Below, piece after piece: positions 51,787-64,000 of a stretch of 64,000 nt of DNA. This DNA is from Cetorhinus maximus (lineage: Eukaryota). Location: the NCBI RefSeq assembly GCF_964194155.1, contig NC_135898.1, positions 24,428,001 to 24,492,000 of the forward strand, in the 5' to 3' direction. The notes below the pieces were generated by a model. The model did no database searches, was not told the origin of the DNA, and worked only from the letters and a program-made list of their open reading frames with translations. The position numbers and the translations under genes were made by a program. How positions within the stretch are numbered: the stretch's first letter is position 1; each line of letters opens with the position of its first letter.

Positions 51787-53888
51787 ACTTAAAGTAGCAA
51801 AATTTACATGGACATGAGGCAAGGGGTTAAAAGCAAAATACTGCGGATGCTGGAAATATGAAACAAAAATAGAAAATGCTGGAAAAACTCAGCAGATCTA
51901 ACAACATCTGTGGAGAGAGAAACAGAGTTAACGTTTCGAGTCCATATGACTCTTCTTCTTTCACCCAATCTGTATAAATTTAGTGCCTTGACCTTTCTTC
52001 ACAAACCTAATCTCCTTTCCATTGTTTCCCTGTATTTTCAGCAATTTGGGGAGACAAGAGTCAAGAATGAGTAAAGAACATAAAAAATTATCTTCCAGAG
52101 GAAATCTTTCCCCATGCCATCCAACACCAAAAGCCTTGCCTCCCAATTTTTTTCACTTTATTTGTTCTTGGGATGTGAGCATCGCTGGCAAGCCCAGCAT
52201 TTGTTGCCCATCCCTAATTGCCCTTGAACTGAATGGTTTGCTAAGGCTACTTCAGAGAGAAGTTAAGAGTCAACCACATTGCTGTGGGTCTGGAGTCACA
52301 TGTAGGCCAGACCGGGTAAGGACAACAGCTTTCCTTTCCTGAAGAGCATTGCTGATGGGTTTTTGTGACAATCTGGTAGTTTCACGATCATCATTACAAA
52401 GACTGGCAATTAATTCCAGATTTTTTAATTAATTGAATTTAAATTCCCCCACCCCCCACTCCCACATTGGGATTCAAACTCATGTCTCCTATCCTAGTAA
52501 CATTACCATTATGCTACCATCTCCATGGGTTATGTCATATGGACTATCCAGTTGCTGAGAAATAACAGATAATATCAGGCTAACCACGACTCTATGAACA
52601 TTTACACAGGTTGGGATGAATTTACACATGAGCAGGGAACTCACAACAAGTGATATTGTATCGCTCTCCAGTTCAAAACTTGGTGCAATATTCAATTCCA
52701 CCGCCTGCATTAGAAAACTGAAAACTGAATATAATGTGTGTCTTGTAATGCTCATCAAATCCCAATTACTACAACTGCCCCCCAAACTCCTGTCAACGTG
52801 TGCTGCAACTGCTCACAGTGTGAGCTGAGAAAGCTTATTTTACATGAGGTGACTGAGCTCATAGTGAAATGGCATGCCACATTTTCCAATGAACATTCCC
52901 ACAGGGTAAGTGAGTTCTGCATTGTTCACTCCGTCATCTCACTTAAAGGAAGTTAATACCACTGGCCACTCTGTGAAAAGTTGAAACCAGGGCTGATTAT
53001 TCAGTACTGAGCCATATAGTGTTTGATTACACAGGTGGGGACACCATAGTTTGCATTTTTGAAAGATCCTTCCCTACTTGTACAAGTGACCGGATATATT
53101 TCCAGTCTTTTGCAAGCATGAAACATTACCTCAGGGAATGTCATCTAACGCATGAACACACACAGCTCAGGAAATGTGTCACTCCTTTTTTCTACTTGTG
53201 CAATTGTACTTTTGGCGACTCATCTTTTGTCTCCAGGCTTAGTGTATCCGGAAGAAATGGGGAAGCATAAACTCATGGAATCGTACAACACAGAAGGAAG
53301 CTACGTGGCCCATCGTCTCTGCGTCTTTGGAAGAGCGATTCAATTGGTCCCACACCTCTACTTCTTCTCTCTAACCTTGAAAATTTTGCCTTTTTTAAGT
53401 ATTTATCCAACTGCCTTTTAAAAGATATCATTGAATCTGCTTCCTCATATCTTACAGAGAGTGCATGCCCGATCATGACTCACTGTGTTTATAAAAACAA
53501 AATCTCCTCATCTTTCCTCTGGTTCTGTTGCCAATTATCTTAATTCTCTGCCGTCCCTCCACCTTATGGAGTATCAATCCTACCTTTGCCAATGCATGTT
53601 CATCCCGGGCATGGGTGAATTTGCAGCCCCTGGGATGAACTGAATTGAGAAACAGACTACAGCTGTTCCCATGAACGTGCACTGAGCTAAACATCAGCTG
53701 CTGCTGAAAGACCGTCAACTCAGTGCAAAACGTTCTTTGATCTTCCTGAAACTTCATAGAATAGAAGTCACAGAAAGTTTACAGCACAGGAAGGGGCCAC
53801 TCTGCCCGTCATGCCTGTGCTGGCCAAAAGCGAGCCCCCCACCCACCCTCCCCTCCCCCAGCCTAATCCCACTTTCCAGCATTCGGTC

Positions 53889-55160
53889 TGATGACGCCAC
53901 TTTCAAAAACGGTTACTCTGACATGTCTTCCTTCTTCGTTAACCGAGGTTTTCCACCCACGGTGGTTGACAGGACCCTCAACTGTGTCCGGCCCATCTCC
54001 CGTGCATCCACTCTCACACCTTCTTCTCCCTCTCAGAAACATGATAGGGTCCCCCTTGTCCTCACTTATCACCCCACCAGCCTCCGCATTTAAAGGATCA
54101 TCCTCCGCCATTTCCGCCAACTCCAGCATGATGCCACCACAAAACACATCTTCCCTTCAACCCCCCTAGTGTCATTCTGCAGGGATCATTCCCACCGGGA
54201 CACCCTGGTCCACTCCTCCATCACCCCCTACACCTCAAACCCCTCCTACGGCACCTTCCCATGCAACCGCAGAAGGTGCAACACCTGCCCCTTTACTTCC
54301 CCTCTCCTCACCGTTCAAGGGCCCAAACACTCCCTTCAAATGAAGCAGCATTTCACTTGCACTTCCCTCAACTTAGTCTACTGCATTCGTTGCTACCAAT
54401 GCGGTTTCCTCTACATTGGAGAGACCAAATGCAGACAGGGAGACCGCTTTGCAGAACACCTGCGGTCTGTCCACAAGCATTACCCAGACCTCTCTGTCGC
54501 TTGCCATTTCAACACTCCACCATGCTCTCATGCCCACTGTCCGTCCTTGGCTTGCTGCATTGTTCCAGTGAAGCTCAACGCAAACAGGAGGAACAGCACC
54601 TCATCTTCCCACAAGGCACTTTACAGCCTCCCAGACTGAATATTGAGTTCAACAATTTTAGATCATGAACTCTCTATTCCATCCCCACCCCCTTTCCGAT
54701 TTTCCTCCTCCTTTTTGTTTTTTCCAATAATTTATATAGATTTTTCTTTTTCCACCTACTTCCATTATTTTTAAGTATATTTCCATCCATTGTTTTATCA
54801 CTTCCTTTTAGCCTATTTCGATCCCTTCCCCCCACCCCACCCCCACTAGGGCTATCTGTACCTTGCTCATCCTGCTTTCTACCCTTAATTAGCATGTTCC
54901 TTTAGATAATATCATCACCTTCAACACCTCTTTGGCCTTTTGTCTGTGCATCTTTTGGTTATCTCCACCTATCACTGGCCCTCTATCCAGCTCTTCTTGT
55001 CCCACACCCCCACCCCCTCCCCTTAAACCAGCTTATATTTCACATTTCTTCTATTTTTACTTAAATCTCTTCAAGGGTCATTCGGACTCAAAACGTTAAC
55101 TGTGCTCCTCTCCGCAGATGCTGCCACACCTGCTGAGTTTTTCCACGTATTTTTGTTTTT
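53889..55160 (+). mobile_element. B-unit-specific Penelope-like insertion, copy in B'
   Basis: Near-identical to 27933-29205 with the same junctions; ORF 54169-54639. Confidence 0.9.
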
Positions 55161-55724
55161 ACTTTAAATCTGTCCCCTAGTCTGCTTGCTGGTCTCCCAG
55201 TGCAAATGGCAGTCATCAAATGTTGCAGGCTGGCACATTCCAAGGTCCAGGACTATGTGCTGAGGAACATACTTGGGGCAGCCAGTGAAAGTTTCACAGG
55301 TGAAAGGACATGGTCTAAGGCCCCCCCCCCCCCCCCCCCCAGCAATAGTACAGCAAGGGGCTGGTACCTGTGTAAAACCTCTCGGGTTGTATGCAAGCTA
55401 GAATGTTTGACATGAGATGTAAATGTACATTATAAATACAACTTGTAATGGCAAGTGTAGTGAGGTACCTCATGCACTGTATTGAAAAAACTGACCTGTA
55501 TTTCATTTTATCTCGTGCTAAATGTGAAACGTCATGTATTGAGGCTTCACAATTTTTGTGATTAAAGTATATTTCTGAGGGGAAAAAATCTGAATTGAGA
55601 AACAGAAAGAAACATGCTACAGGTGCAAATGGAAATCTGTAAACTCATCGGTTGAAAATAAGATGTCCACGTTTCAGCAGGTGGGTTAGAGGAACATAGA
55701 GCACACGGGACTAGGAATTGCAGT

Positions 55725-56635
55725 CCAAAAATAAAAATACCTGGAAAAACTCAGCACGTCTGACAGCATTTGCGGAGAGGAACACAGTTAATATTTCAAG
55801 TCCGTATGTCTCTTCAACAGAACTAAGGGAAACTAGAAAAGAGGTGAAATATAAGCTGATTTGGGGTGTGGGGGGGTGGGGCAAGTAGAGCTGGATAGAG
55901 GGCCAGTGATAGGTGGAGATAGCCAAAAGATGTCATAGATAAAAGGAAAAAGAGGTGTTGAAGGTGGTGATATTATCTATGGAAAGTGCTAATAGGTGAC
56001 ATTGAGGGTAGAAAGCAGGATGAGCAAGGTACAGATAGCCCGAGTGGGTGTGGGGAAGCGATCGAAATAGGCTAAAATGTAGAGATAAAACAATGGATGG
56101 AAATACATTTAAAAATAATGGAAATAGGTGGGAAAAGAAAAATCTATATAAATTATTGTAAAAAAGGGGGATCGGAAAGTGGGTGGGGATGGAAGAGGGA
56201 GTTCATGATCTAAAATTGTTGAACTCAATATTCAGTCAGGAAAGCTGTAAAGTGCCTAGTCGGAAGATGAGGTGCTGTTTCTCCAGTTTGCGTTGAGCTT
56301 CACTGGGATAATGCAGCAGGCCAAGGACGCACATGTGGGTATGAGAGCAGGGTGGTGTGTTGAAATGGCAAGCGACAGGGAGGTCTGGGTCATGCTTGCT
56401 CACAGACCGAAGGTGTTCCAGTCTGCGTTTGCTCTCTCCAACGTAGAGGAAACCGCATTGGGAGCAGTGAATGCAGTAGACTAAATTGAGGGGAGTGCAA
56501 ATGAAGTGCTGCCTCACTTGAAAGGAATGTTTGGGCCTTTGGACGGTGAGGAGAGGGGAAATAAAGGGGCAGGTGTTGCACCTTCTGCGGTTGCATGGGA
56601 AGATGTGGTGGGATGGGGTTGATGTGTAGGGGGTG
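55725..56635 (-). mobile_element. Penelope-like element, the same insertion as duplicated in unit B'
   Basis: GIY-YIG ORF 56236-56517; TSD AGGAATTGCAGT on both sides. Confidence 0.87.
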
Positions 56636-56803
56636 AGGAATTGCAGTGATCGTCCGTGGTCTGACTAGTTTCCCAGCATTGTTACGCTCAATACATTACA
56701 CTGCGGTGTCAAAATGACAGCCAGGTACCATCAAAAATACCTGAGCTTTGTTTTTTAAATCTTCTCGATTTTCAAACTTTGGGTGGGTGCCAACAACTAA
56801 TTT

Positions 56804-56926
56804 GGGAATATCCGCTAAACTGAGGAACTTTTCAGAACCCACTACGCAATCATAAAATTTCCAACCACAAAAAGGAACAGCAAGCTCAAAGGGGCGGAGC
56901 ATGCGGAACACACACAATGTATAAAA
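56804..56926 (+). promoter_or_regulatory. Proximal promoter of il1b copy 4
   Basis: Same layout as copy 1; TATAAAA at 56920-56926. Confidence 0.65.
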
Positions 56927-57017
56927 GGAGGGCTGAGGGCTGGTTGTGTGTAGAACGATACAGCAAGATATAACTCAAACAACTGATAGGTTCAAACTTA
57001 CCGTGGACATAAGAGAG

Positions 57018-60000
57018 ATGAGAACTGAAGTAGGACCTGTGACCATTCCAATGGTTGAGAATGAATCGCGAAGGTAAGATGATGGATTTATTTAATGTTT
57101 ATATGCAAACTGAGTGATCATAGTCTCTCTCCCTCTCTAACCTGGATATGTTTGCAGCTGCAAACTACAGAATACTTTTCTGTGATTTTTCTTATCACAG
57201 AGAAAGTTTGGAGAAATGATTTGGTTTTAGCAGGGCTTGACTGACCTCATGTTAAAATTTTAAGGCATAGTTTATATTCCAGCCGTCGGGCTAAGAAATG
57301 GAGATGTGGGGAGTTCCCCTGGGACGTTGATTATCCATAACATTAGCGGCAAAGCTTAGAGTTTTGTGAAGAAATTGTAATAATTTCCGAAAACAAAAAA
57401 ACAGCCTCTCGTTTTATGAGGAATAGCCGTAAAAGGAATTCTTCCTGCCCACACCTACCCACCACCTGTAAAATCCCAATCTGGTTCTGTGATCACCACC
57501 AGCAGCAGCTGTGTGCATGTGGTGCAGCGGTCACTCTCTTCCTTTCATCCCCTTCCTGTACAATATTCCTGGCCTTCACGGTCACACAGGTGGTTGAGGA
57601 GTGCAAGGGATAGTTAGTGCGGATTCTGCGTGTGCATATGCCATCACACTGCTCTTAACACCACAATGGGATAAGTGTATATTTCAAACTACAGTACCAG
57701 ACGCCAACAGAAGAGTGTTTTATATTTACTGTTGAACCAGCTGGTTGCAGCTTTCCTGTGTTAATCAGCCAAGGAAGCCAAATTTAGCTTTTTTCATATA
57801 AGCTGACTGTGATGTTTGCTCTATCCACAGAACCCTCGGTTACAAATGCAACAAGGATTCACGTCTCACTTCTCCGACTCTCTGCCCCCAGATCAAGGTA
57901 AGAATCTTTCACTGCAATTCCATCAGACTGATATTGGGAGGGGGAGAACATGCATTGGGCTAAAGTTAGAGTAAGCTTGAGTCAGTAAATGTTCAACTCC
58001 TCTGAAAGAGCAGAATTCACGAAGCAACCCTGGGCAAAGCACCTTGACAGTTCAGGGTTTGAATTCCCAGGCCCACAGCTCATCTTTCATGGAGTAATCT
58101 TTCATTTCGAGGCCCTTTTACAAGTAGGTTGGAGGCTCGGCTGACATGAAAGGAATCCGCAAGATCTGATCGCACTCTCTCATTTTCACAGAGCACCTTT
58201 CAAGAGACTGCACCCAACCTAATGGAGACCAGCAGCGCCAGCAGCGCCAGTTGCCAAGCAGAGCGAGTGAGTTACCAGCTGCAAATCAGCAGCACATCCT
58301 CAGCCATCACGGCAGTTGGCAATGCCAGCCTCTCACTGGAACAGGCTGTCATGTTAGTCCTGGCTGTTGAGAAATTCAAACAGAAATTGAAGCAGCCCTC
58401 TGGTGACGGCTGGGAATACGATGGCGGCTCTTTCATGGACACTGACTTGCTGGGGAACTTCAGTGCGATCATCGAAGGTAAGATGTGCTTTCCCCTTCAG
58501 TGTTGCCTTTCTGTTAATGCTGACCTCGGGGTCGGGGTAGGGTGGTGTCCGACTTGGTAGTTGTGAAGGGGGGGGGGTGTGGGGGAGGGTGGAGGAGGGC
58601 ACAACTTCCACTGACCAACGTGGCATCTGGGCTCATCGCCACCTGCCGCTGGTGGCTTCAGTGTTTCTGTTGATGGTGATCCTGAGTCCCAGGGAGATGC
58701 CATCTCCTGGTAACTCAGGCTGGGCATCGAGCATGGCCTTATGCAGCAGCGCCCGGCAACAAATACTAAAGGAAAGTAGTGGCCTGAGGGTTCATTTAGG
58801 CTGATTCGTCTCCGCTCACCCGCACTGGTGAATAAACCGTTTGGATTTGTGCCCACAGAAGCCACCACCTGCAGCAGCTATGATGCTGCTGAAAATGTGA
58901 GCAGCACTTACAGATTCTTGTCGAGCGAACGCCACCAGATGAAGGATGATCAAGACAGATCCCTGATCCTCTCGGAGAATCTCCAGCTCCTGGCCATGTC
59001 CTTGCAGCAGCCAAAGAATGCAGGTGGGTACATCTCAGCTAGTGTCCCTCTCTGCAGCAGTGAAAATAAGAGGAAAGTTGGTGGCGGTGTGTGGGGAGGG
59101 TGCGGGCAGGACAAAGGATCCGGAGATTCCCTTGACTCCCCCATTGGGCAGGCGCTGACCCTTGGCTGGGATGCAGGGGTCACTTGAGCTCAGTATCTCA
59201 CTCGCATGGGCCATTGGTAATGTGAGGCAAAAGTGTCATCAAGCCATTGTGGCATTGTGTGGGCACGGCCATGCCTAACTAATGGGCATGCACAGGGAGC
59301 CCCTGACTCATTTCCCTTGGCCAAGCAGTGCTGAGACCAATTGCAATGCTCCTGTGACTGGTTTGGTTAGCCTGAACCTGATGACCAGCTGGTCTGCAAA
59401 GCTCCCAAATGCTGCGACGATGCATTTGCCCAGTTAAAACTGGAGAGCCGCACTTCTATTCACCTTGCTCGCAATGTGCATTGACTACTGTGCTAAAATG
59501 GTGCTTCTTTGATTTCCAGTTTAATTGGATATGAGGTACTACAAGACAGCTGCAGGCAATGACGTTGAAGGTTTGCCTGTTGTTCTGAAAATCAGCAGCC
59601 AGAATCTGTACCTCTCATGCACGGGACCACAAGACAGACCCATCATGCAGCTGGAGGTAAGAGATCCCACAAGTGCACACAGTTAACTGACAGGTGGCAG
59701 TGGTGGTGAGCCACAGTTCAGCCAGGGAGTCCAGGTTGCTTTGGCAGGCATGTCATATTCTAGAGCTATGGATAGTAGAGGCTCCAATTTTCTCTCCATC
59801 ACCAGGAATCTCTCCTGCTCTTAACCACCTTGGTGGTACCACTATTAGTGTGTGTTGGAAGGATTTGCAGGATGATACTCTATCTGTTTGGCCATGCTAT
59901 GAACACACCTTCTTTGGTCATCAAGGCCTGGGGTGGGAATTGAACCTGGAGCTTCTCAGAGGCAGGGATGTTACCCACTGCACCACATGACCTTCTAGCT

Positions 60001-60680
60001 GACAAATAGACAGTCGCATATCATTGCTATCTTGAGGATCTGCCCGTTTGCCCTTGTTCATACCATACAAGCTGCATGTATCAGAGGACTCAGTCCCTGT
60101 TCCCTTCACTCTGGCTGTGAGCCCATCCACGGGGTCCCTGTGAATTCTGGCTCCGCAGCCTCGGGAAGCCTCCTCCCACTGGGATATGGGTTCCACGGAT
60201 GATGACCACAACTCATGTACTTCAAGGAGTCTGGGCAGAGCCCTAATATCAGGGCACCAGCCCTCGCATTCACACGAGTTGACTGCCCCCAGGAAAGAAA
60301 AGGGATGGTAACAGGATTAGGGTTAAATTCGCTCAAATATTGCAGGCTCGGAACCATCAGCCCTTGTTCAGGAATCGGGCCTGAAATGAAACCAGCCGCA
60401 TCTCCCTCTCGTCAGATATAGAATGGCATTTAACTTTGTCCATTTTTTTTTGTTTCTCTTTGCACAGAAATGGGACCAGAATCTGAAGAATATCAACGGC
60501 GCCACTGACCTGCTTCGATTTGTGTTCTTTAAGAAGGTCTTCAGCTCTGGCCTGCACTTTGAGCTTGAATCAGCCAAGTACCACGGCTGGTACATCAGCA
60601 CATCCAAAAAGAACAGACAGCCTGTCGAGATGGATGAGAAGGAGAACCACAAGCGAATCACAGTCTTCACAACTGATTGA
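57018..60680 (+). pseudogene. il1b: Interleukin-1 beta-like copy 4 (B type) with premature stop Q193*; probable pseudogene or null copy
   Basis: Exons 57018-57073, 57831-57897, 58192-58477, 58859-59023, 59520-59656 and 60468-60680. Exon 5 reads cag|TT TAA TTG (TAA at 59522-59524) where copies 1-3 read cag|TT CAA TTG. Also carries P43T, V157L, C161R and A306T. Confidence 0.8.
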
Positions 60681-63600
60681 GACCATCTCAGTCTCAGCAC
60701 AGTTCACAACCCAAATCAGAAGTAGTTGGTTTAGAGAGAGAGTGTGTATGTACTAAGTACAGAATTTTAAATCCATTGGGGTCAGATGAGTCTAATGGGT
60801 AGCTGATAAAATTGTCATTTAATTAAAACCTAACCAAAATAATTTATGTAAAATCGTCAGTGAAGTACAGGTGGCAATATTTGCTACTGTTTTTCATGTG
60901 TATTATTTACATTTAAACTTGAGTGAGTCTAAATTGTCATGTTTTGTAACTTGAATATAAGTAATTATTTAATTTTTTAAATATTTAATATTATTATTAT
61001 TTAAATTCTTCATTAATTTATTACTGTACTGGATACAGTCTCTTCCTTTCTTGATTAAATTAAGTTATTTTTCAAACACATTGGGTTCCATGTACATTTT
61101 TACACATTTCCATGAAAGTTTTGTTGATACAGAAGAAAATGTGGAAGATCACAGCATCTCTGCAGTGTAAAAAGCTGCCCCATTCCCTTAGACACTTTGG
61201 AATCTCCGCTGTTTCTTCATTTCCCACTTCCCTCACACTCTGTTGGATAACCCCTGAATGTTTTTCATCCAGTCCTGGGGACAAGGTTCGTTAAGAACCA
61301 AAAAACAGGCACAGTGACCACAATCCACAACGCGCTGCTTGCTCATCTAAACGATTGCATCAGGTTACAAGTACCATCCGCATGCCTCAGCATCCCACTC
61401 ACACTGAGCAAAATTTTACAACGATAACCAACTGTCAATCACTCCTCCCTGACTCGCTAATTTGTAAGAGTCCCGGGGTTGAGCCGATTAACCCTTGCAC
61501 TCTCCAGTTCCAAAATGATGTCAAGTGGTAATCCTTAAGGGTGACAGTGGTTGGAATTTATTCAGTATAAATAAGACTTGACACATGCTAATGCCTGAGC
61601 AGTGGAATGAAGACCCAACAATTGCACTGCCCATTACTCCCTGCTTAGAAGTGTGATCTACACGAGACTACCTTCCGGCCCTGCACCAATGGCCATGCCC
61701 GAGGTTCCATTGCCCCTCAGTATGCCATACGTACTCACTCCACCTGGGTCCTTCCACCCGGGATCAACTACAGAATGGCCCCAATCCCCCAGTCAAATGC
61801 ATCTACACCTTAGGTGCTTCGGGAATCCTTTCTTCACTTCACCCACACTGCAATGTCTATGGTGACTGACGGAATGCAATCATTGGCTTGTTATTGTCCA
61901 ATTATAAGACATGTTTTCCTCGGAGAAGGGAAGGTTGCGAGGTGATTTGATAGAGGTGTTCAAAATCATGAGCGGTCTGGACAGAATAGATAGGGAGAAA
62001 AAGTTCCCATTGGTGGCAGGAGCGTGAATGAGAGGGCACAGATTTAAGATCATTCGCAAAAGTGTTACGAGGAAAGCTTTATCACACAGCAAGTTGTTAA
62101 AGTCTGCAATGCACTGCCTGAGAGTGTGGTGGAGACAGGTTCAATCCATGGTATTCTAAAGGGAATTGGATTGTTAAGTGAAAAGTAGGAGTGTGCAGGG
62201 TTATAGGGAGAAGGCGGGAGAATGGCCCTCGGTGAATTGCTCATTCGAAGAGCTGATGCAGGCACAATGGGCTGAATGGCCTCGGTCTGTGCTGTAACCA
62301 TTGTGTGATTCTGTCATGTAGCCATCTACCAGTCCAGATCAGGTCGGTGTTCAGTCATCTGTTTTCCCACCCTCGACCGTTGTCAGCTAGTAAACATACC
62401 AAAGAAACTCAATAACCGCACATGGGCAGTCAAGGTCAGTCAATTCATTCTCAAATGCCATATCGTACCAACTGCACCAGCAGCCTCACACCCTGCTCAA
62501 TGGAGTACACCCGCATCACTCAGCTATCAACAGTAGCTATCACTCACAATGCATCACTCACATTCACAAGTCGGTGGACAGGCTTTGGGGTGTCAGGAGG
62601 TGAGTAACTTGCTGTAGAATTCTCAGCATTGCTGACCCGCTTTTGTAGCCAGCGTATTTCGATGGCTGGTCCAGTTCAGTTTCAATGCTAAGCCCCCAGG
62701 AAGTTGATAGTGGAGGATTCGGTGAGGATAATTCCATTGAATGTCAAGGGACGATGATTAGATTCTCTCTTGTTCAGATGGTCATTGCCTGTCACATAAA
62801 AATATAATAATTTTCCTGAGATTATTGTGATTTACTATAAAAGTGGGTTAATAGTGGGGTTTGGAGCATTTTCTCTGTGTCTATGTGTGTGGAGGATTTA
62901 ATTGAATGGAAACAGCTGGCCTGGAGGTTTTGAGTTATCAACAACAAGTTAGGCTTGAAAGGCTAAATACGTGAACATGGCTGAAGTTTTGTAATGTGAG
63001 GTGTGAGGAACATATGCATTTTTAGGAAAATTAGAGTAGTTTGAATTTCAAAGAGATGGTAAGATCTTCCACTTAGTCAGAAGAAGCTAAGCCAAACAGT
63101 GTGTTTATTTTTCCCAAAGGTTACTGATAAAATTAGTACTATGAAAGATTTATATTATGAGAAAAGCAAAGATGCAAAGATACATTGGAACAATGGAATT
63201 TGCATTAAAAATGGAGAAACATTTATAAAGGAGATGAGGCTATGTGTAAGAGGAGAAGGCTTTCTAAGCCTCCGGCCTCTGTGGATCAAGTTGCTGTCCA
63301 CAGGAGCCGAAACTGAGAAAGCTCATTTCAAATGCGACTGTCCAGGGTATTGTGTTGCTTTACCTGGGTCTTTTTAAATCTATTTGTTCTTACTGTTGCC
63401 TTAACGGAGGTCCGTTATCTGGGAGTCAGGTTAATTGGGGGTTTTAGAAGTTATTATAACAGTAATTTATACACTTATGTATCCGCTTGAAATCTTTTCT
63501 TTTGTTAATAAATGTTTAATTTAGTTTTCTAAAAACCTCTGAAGTCATGGTAGTCTCATTACTTCTGAATTCAAGGCACGCATCTTGTAATTAAATACAA

Positions 63601-64000
63601 ATTGCAAAACAGTTGTGACCACGTGATCAAGTTTCTCTGGTGGATTTGACCAATGTGGCATGCATCATCTGCCACACCTGGCACTTGTGGCACTTGTTAC
63701 TTGCCACTTATCAGTCCAAGCCTGAATGTTGTCCAGTTCTTGATGGATATGGGCACAAACTCCTTCAGCATCTGAGGAGTGGTGAATGGTGCTGAATATT
63801 GTGTAATCAGCAGAAAACACCCCTACTTCTGACATTATGATGGAGTGAAGGTCACTAATGGAGCAGCTGAAGATGGTTGAGTCTAGCACACTGCCCTGAG
63901 GAAATCCTGCAGTGATGTCCTAGGGCTGAGATAATTGGTCTCCAACAATGACAACTATCTTCCTTGGTGCTTGATTTGACTTCTTTCAAATGCCCAGTAA

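Larger units (their letters stand above)
13460..64000 (+). repeat. Tandem segmental array of IL-1beta-containing units, A-B-A'-B', running off the right end of the window
   Basis: Units start at about 13460, 25873, 39388 and 51829, giving lengths of about 12413, 13515 and 12441 bp. ATG-to-ATG spacings are 13548, 12416 and 13545. Near-identical ORFs recur in the ORF track at these offsets. Confidence 0.97.

Noticed and set aside
13460-64000. Prokaryotic-style systems (CRISPR array, operon, prophage)
   Set aside because: No short regularly spaced repeats or dense ORFs; the sequence is spliceosomal-intron-containing vertebrate DNA.

Overview
Vertebrate genomic DNA, most likely from a cartilaginous fish (shark-type CR1/L2 LINEs, Deu-domain SINE and Penelope remnants; the taxon is an inference). 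Positions 1-13,459 are a gene-free patchwork of decayed and nested transposons. From about 13,460 to the window end lies a head-to-tail tandem array of about 12.4 and 13.5 kb units in the order A-B-A'-B' (higher-order period about 26 kb). Each unit carries one 6-exon interleukin-1 beta-like gene on the + strand. I spliced all four copies by hand. Copies 1-3 encode intact 307-aa pro-IL-1beta proteins that differ at a few residues. Copy 4 has a CAA>TAA nonsense change (Q193*) at the start of exon 5. B units differ from A units by a 1.27-kb Penelope insertion that forms a long inverted repeat just upstream of the promoter. The units are sequence mosaics, and every unit junction falls on a short Penelope-tail repeat carrying a hammerhead-like motif. 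Most entries in the ORF track are spurious or are transposon or exon fragments.
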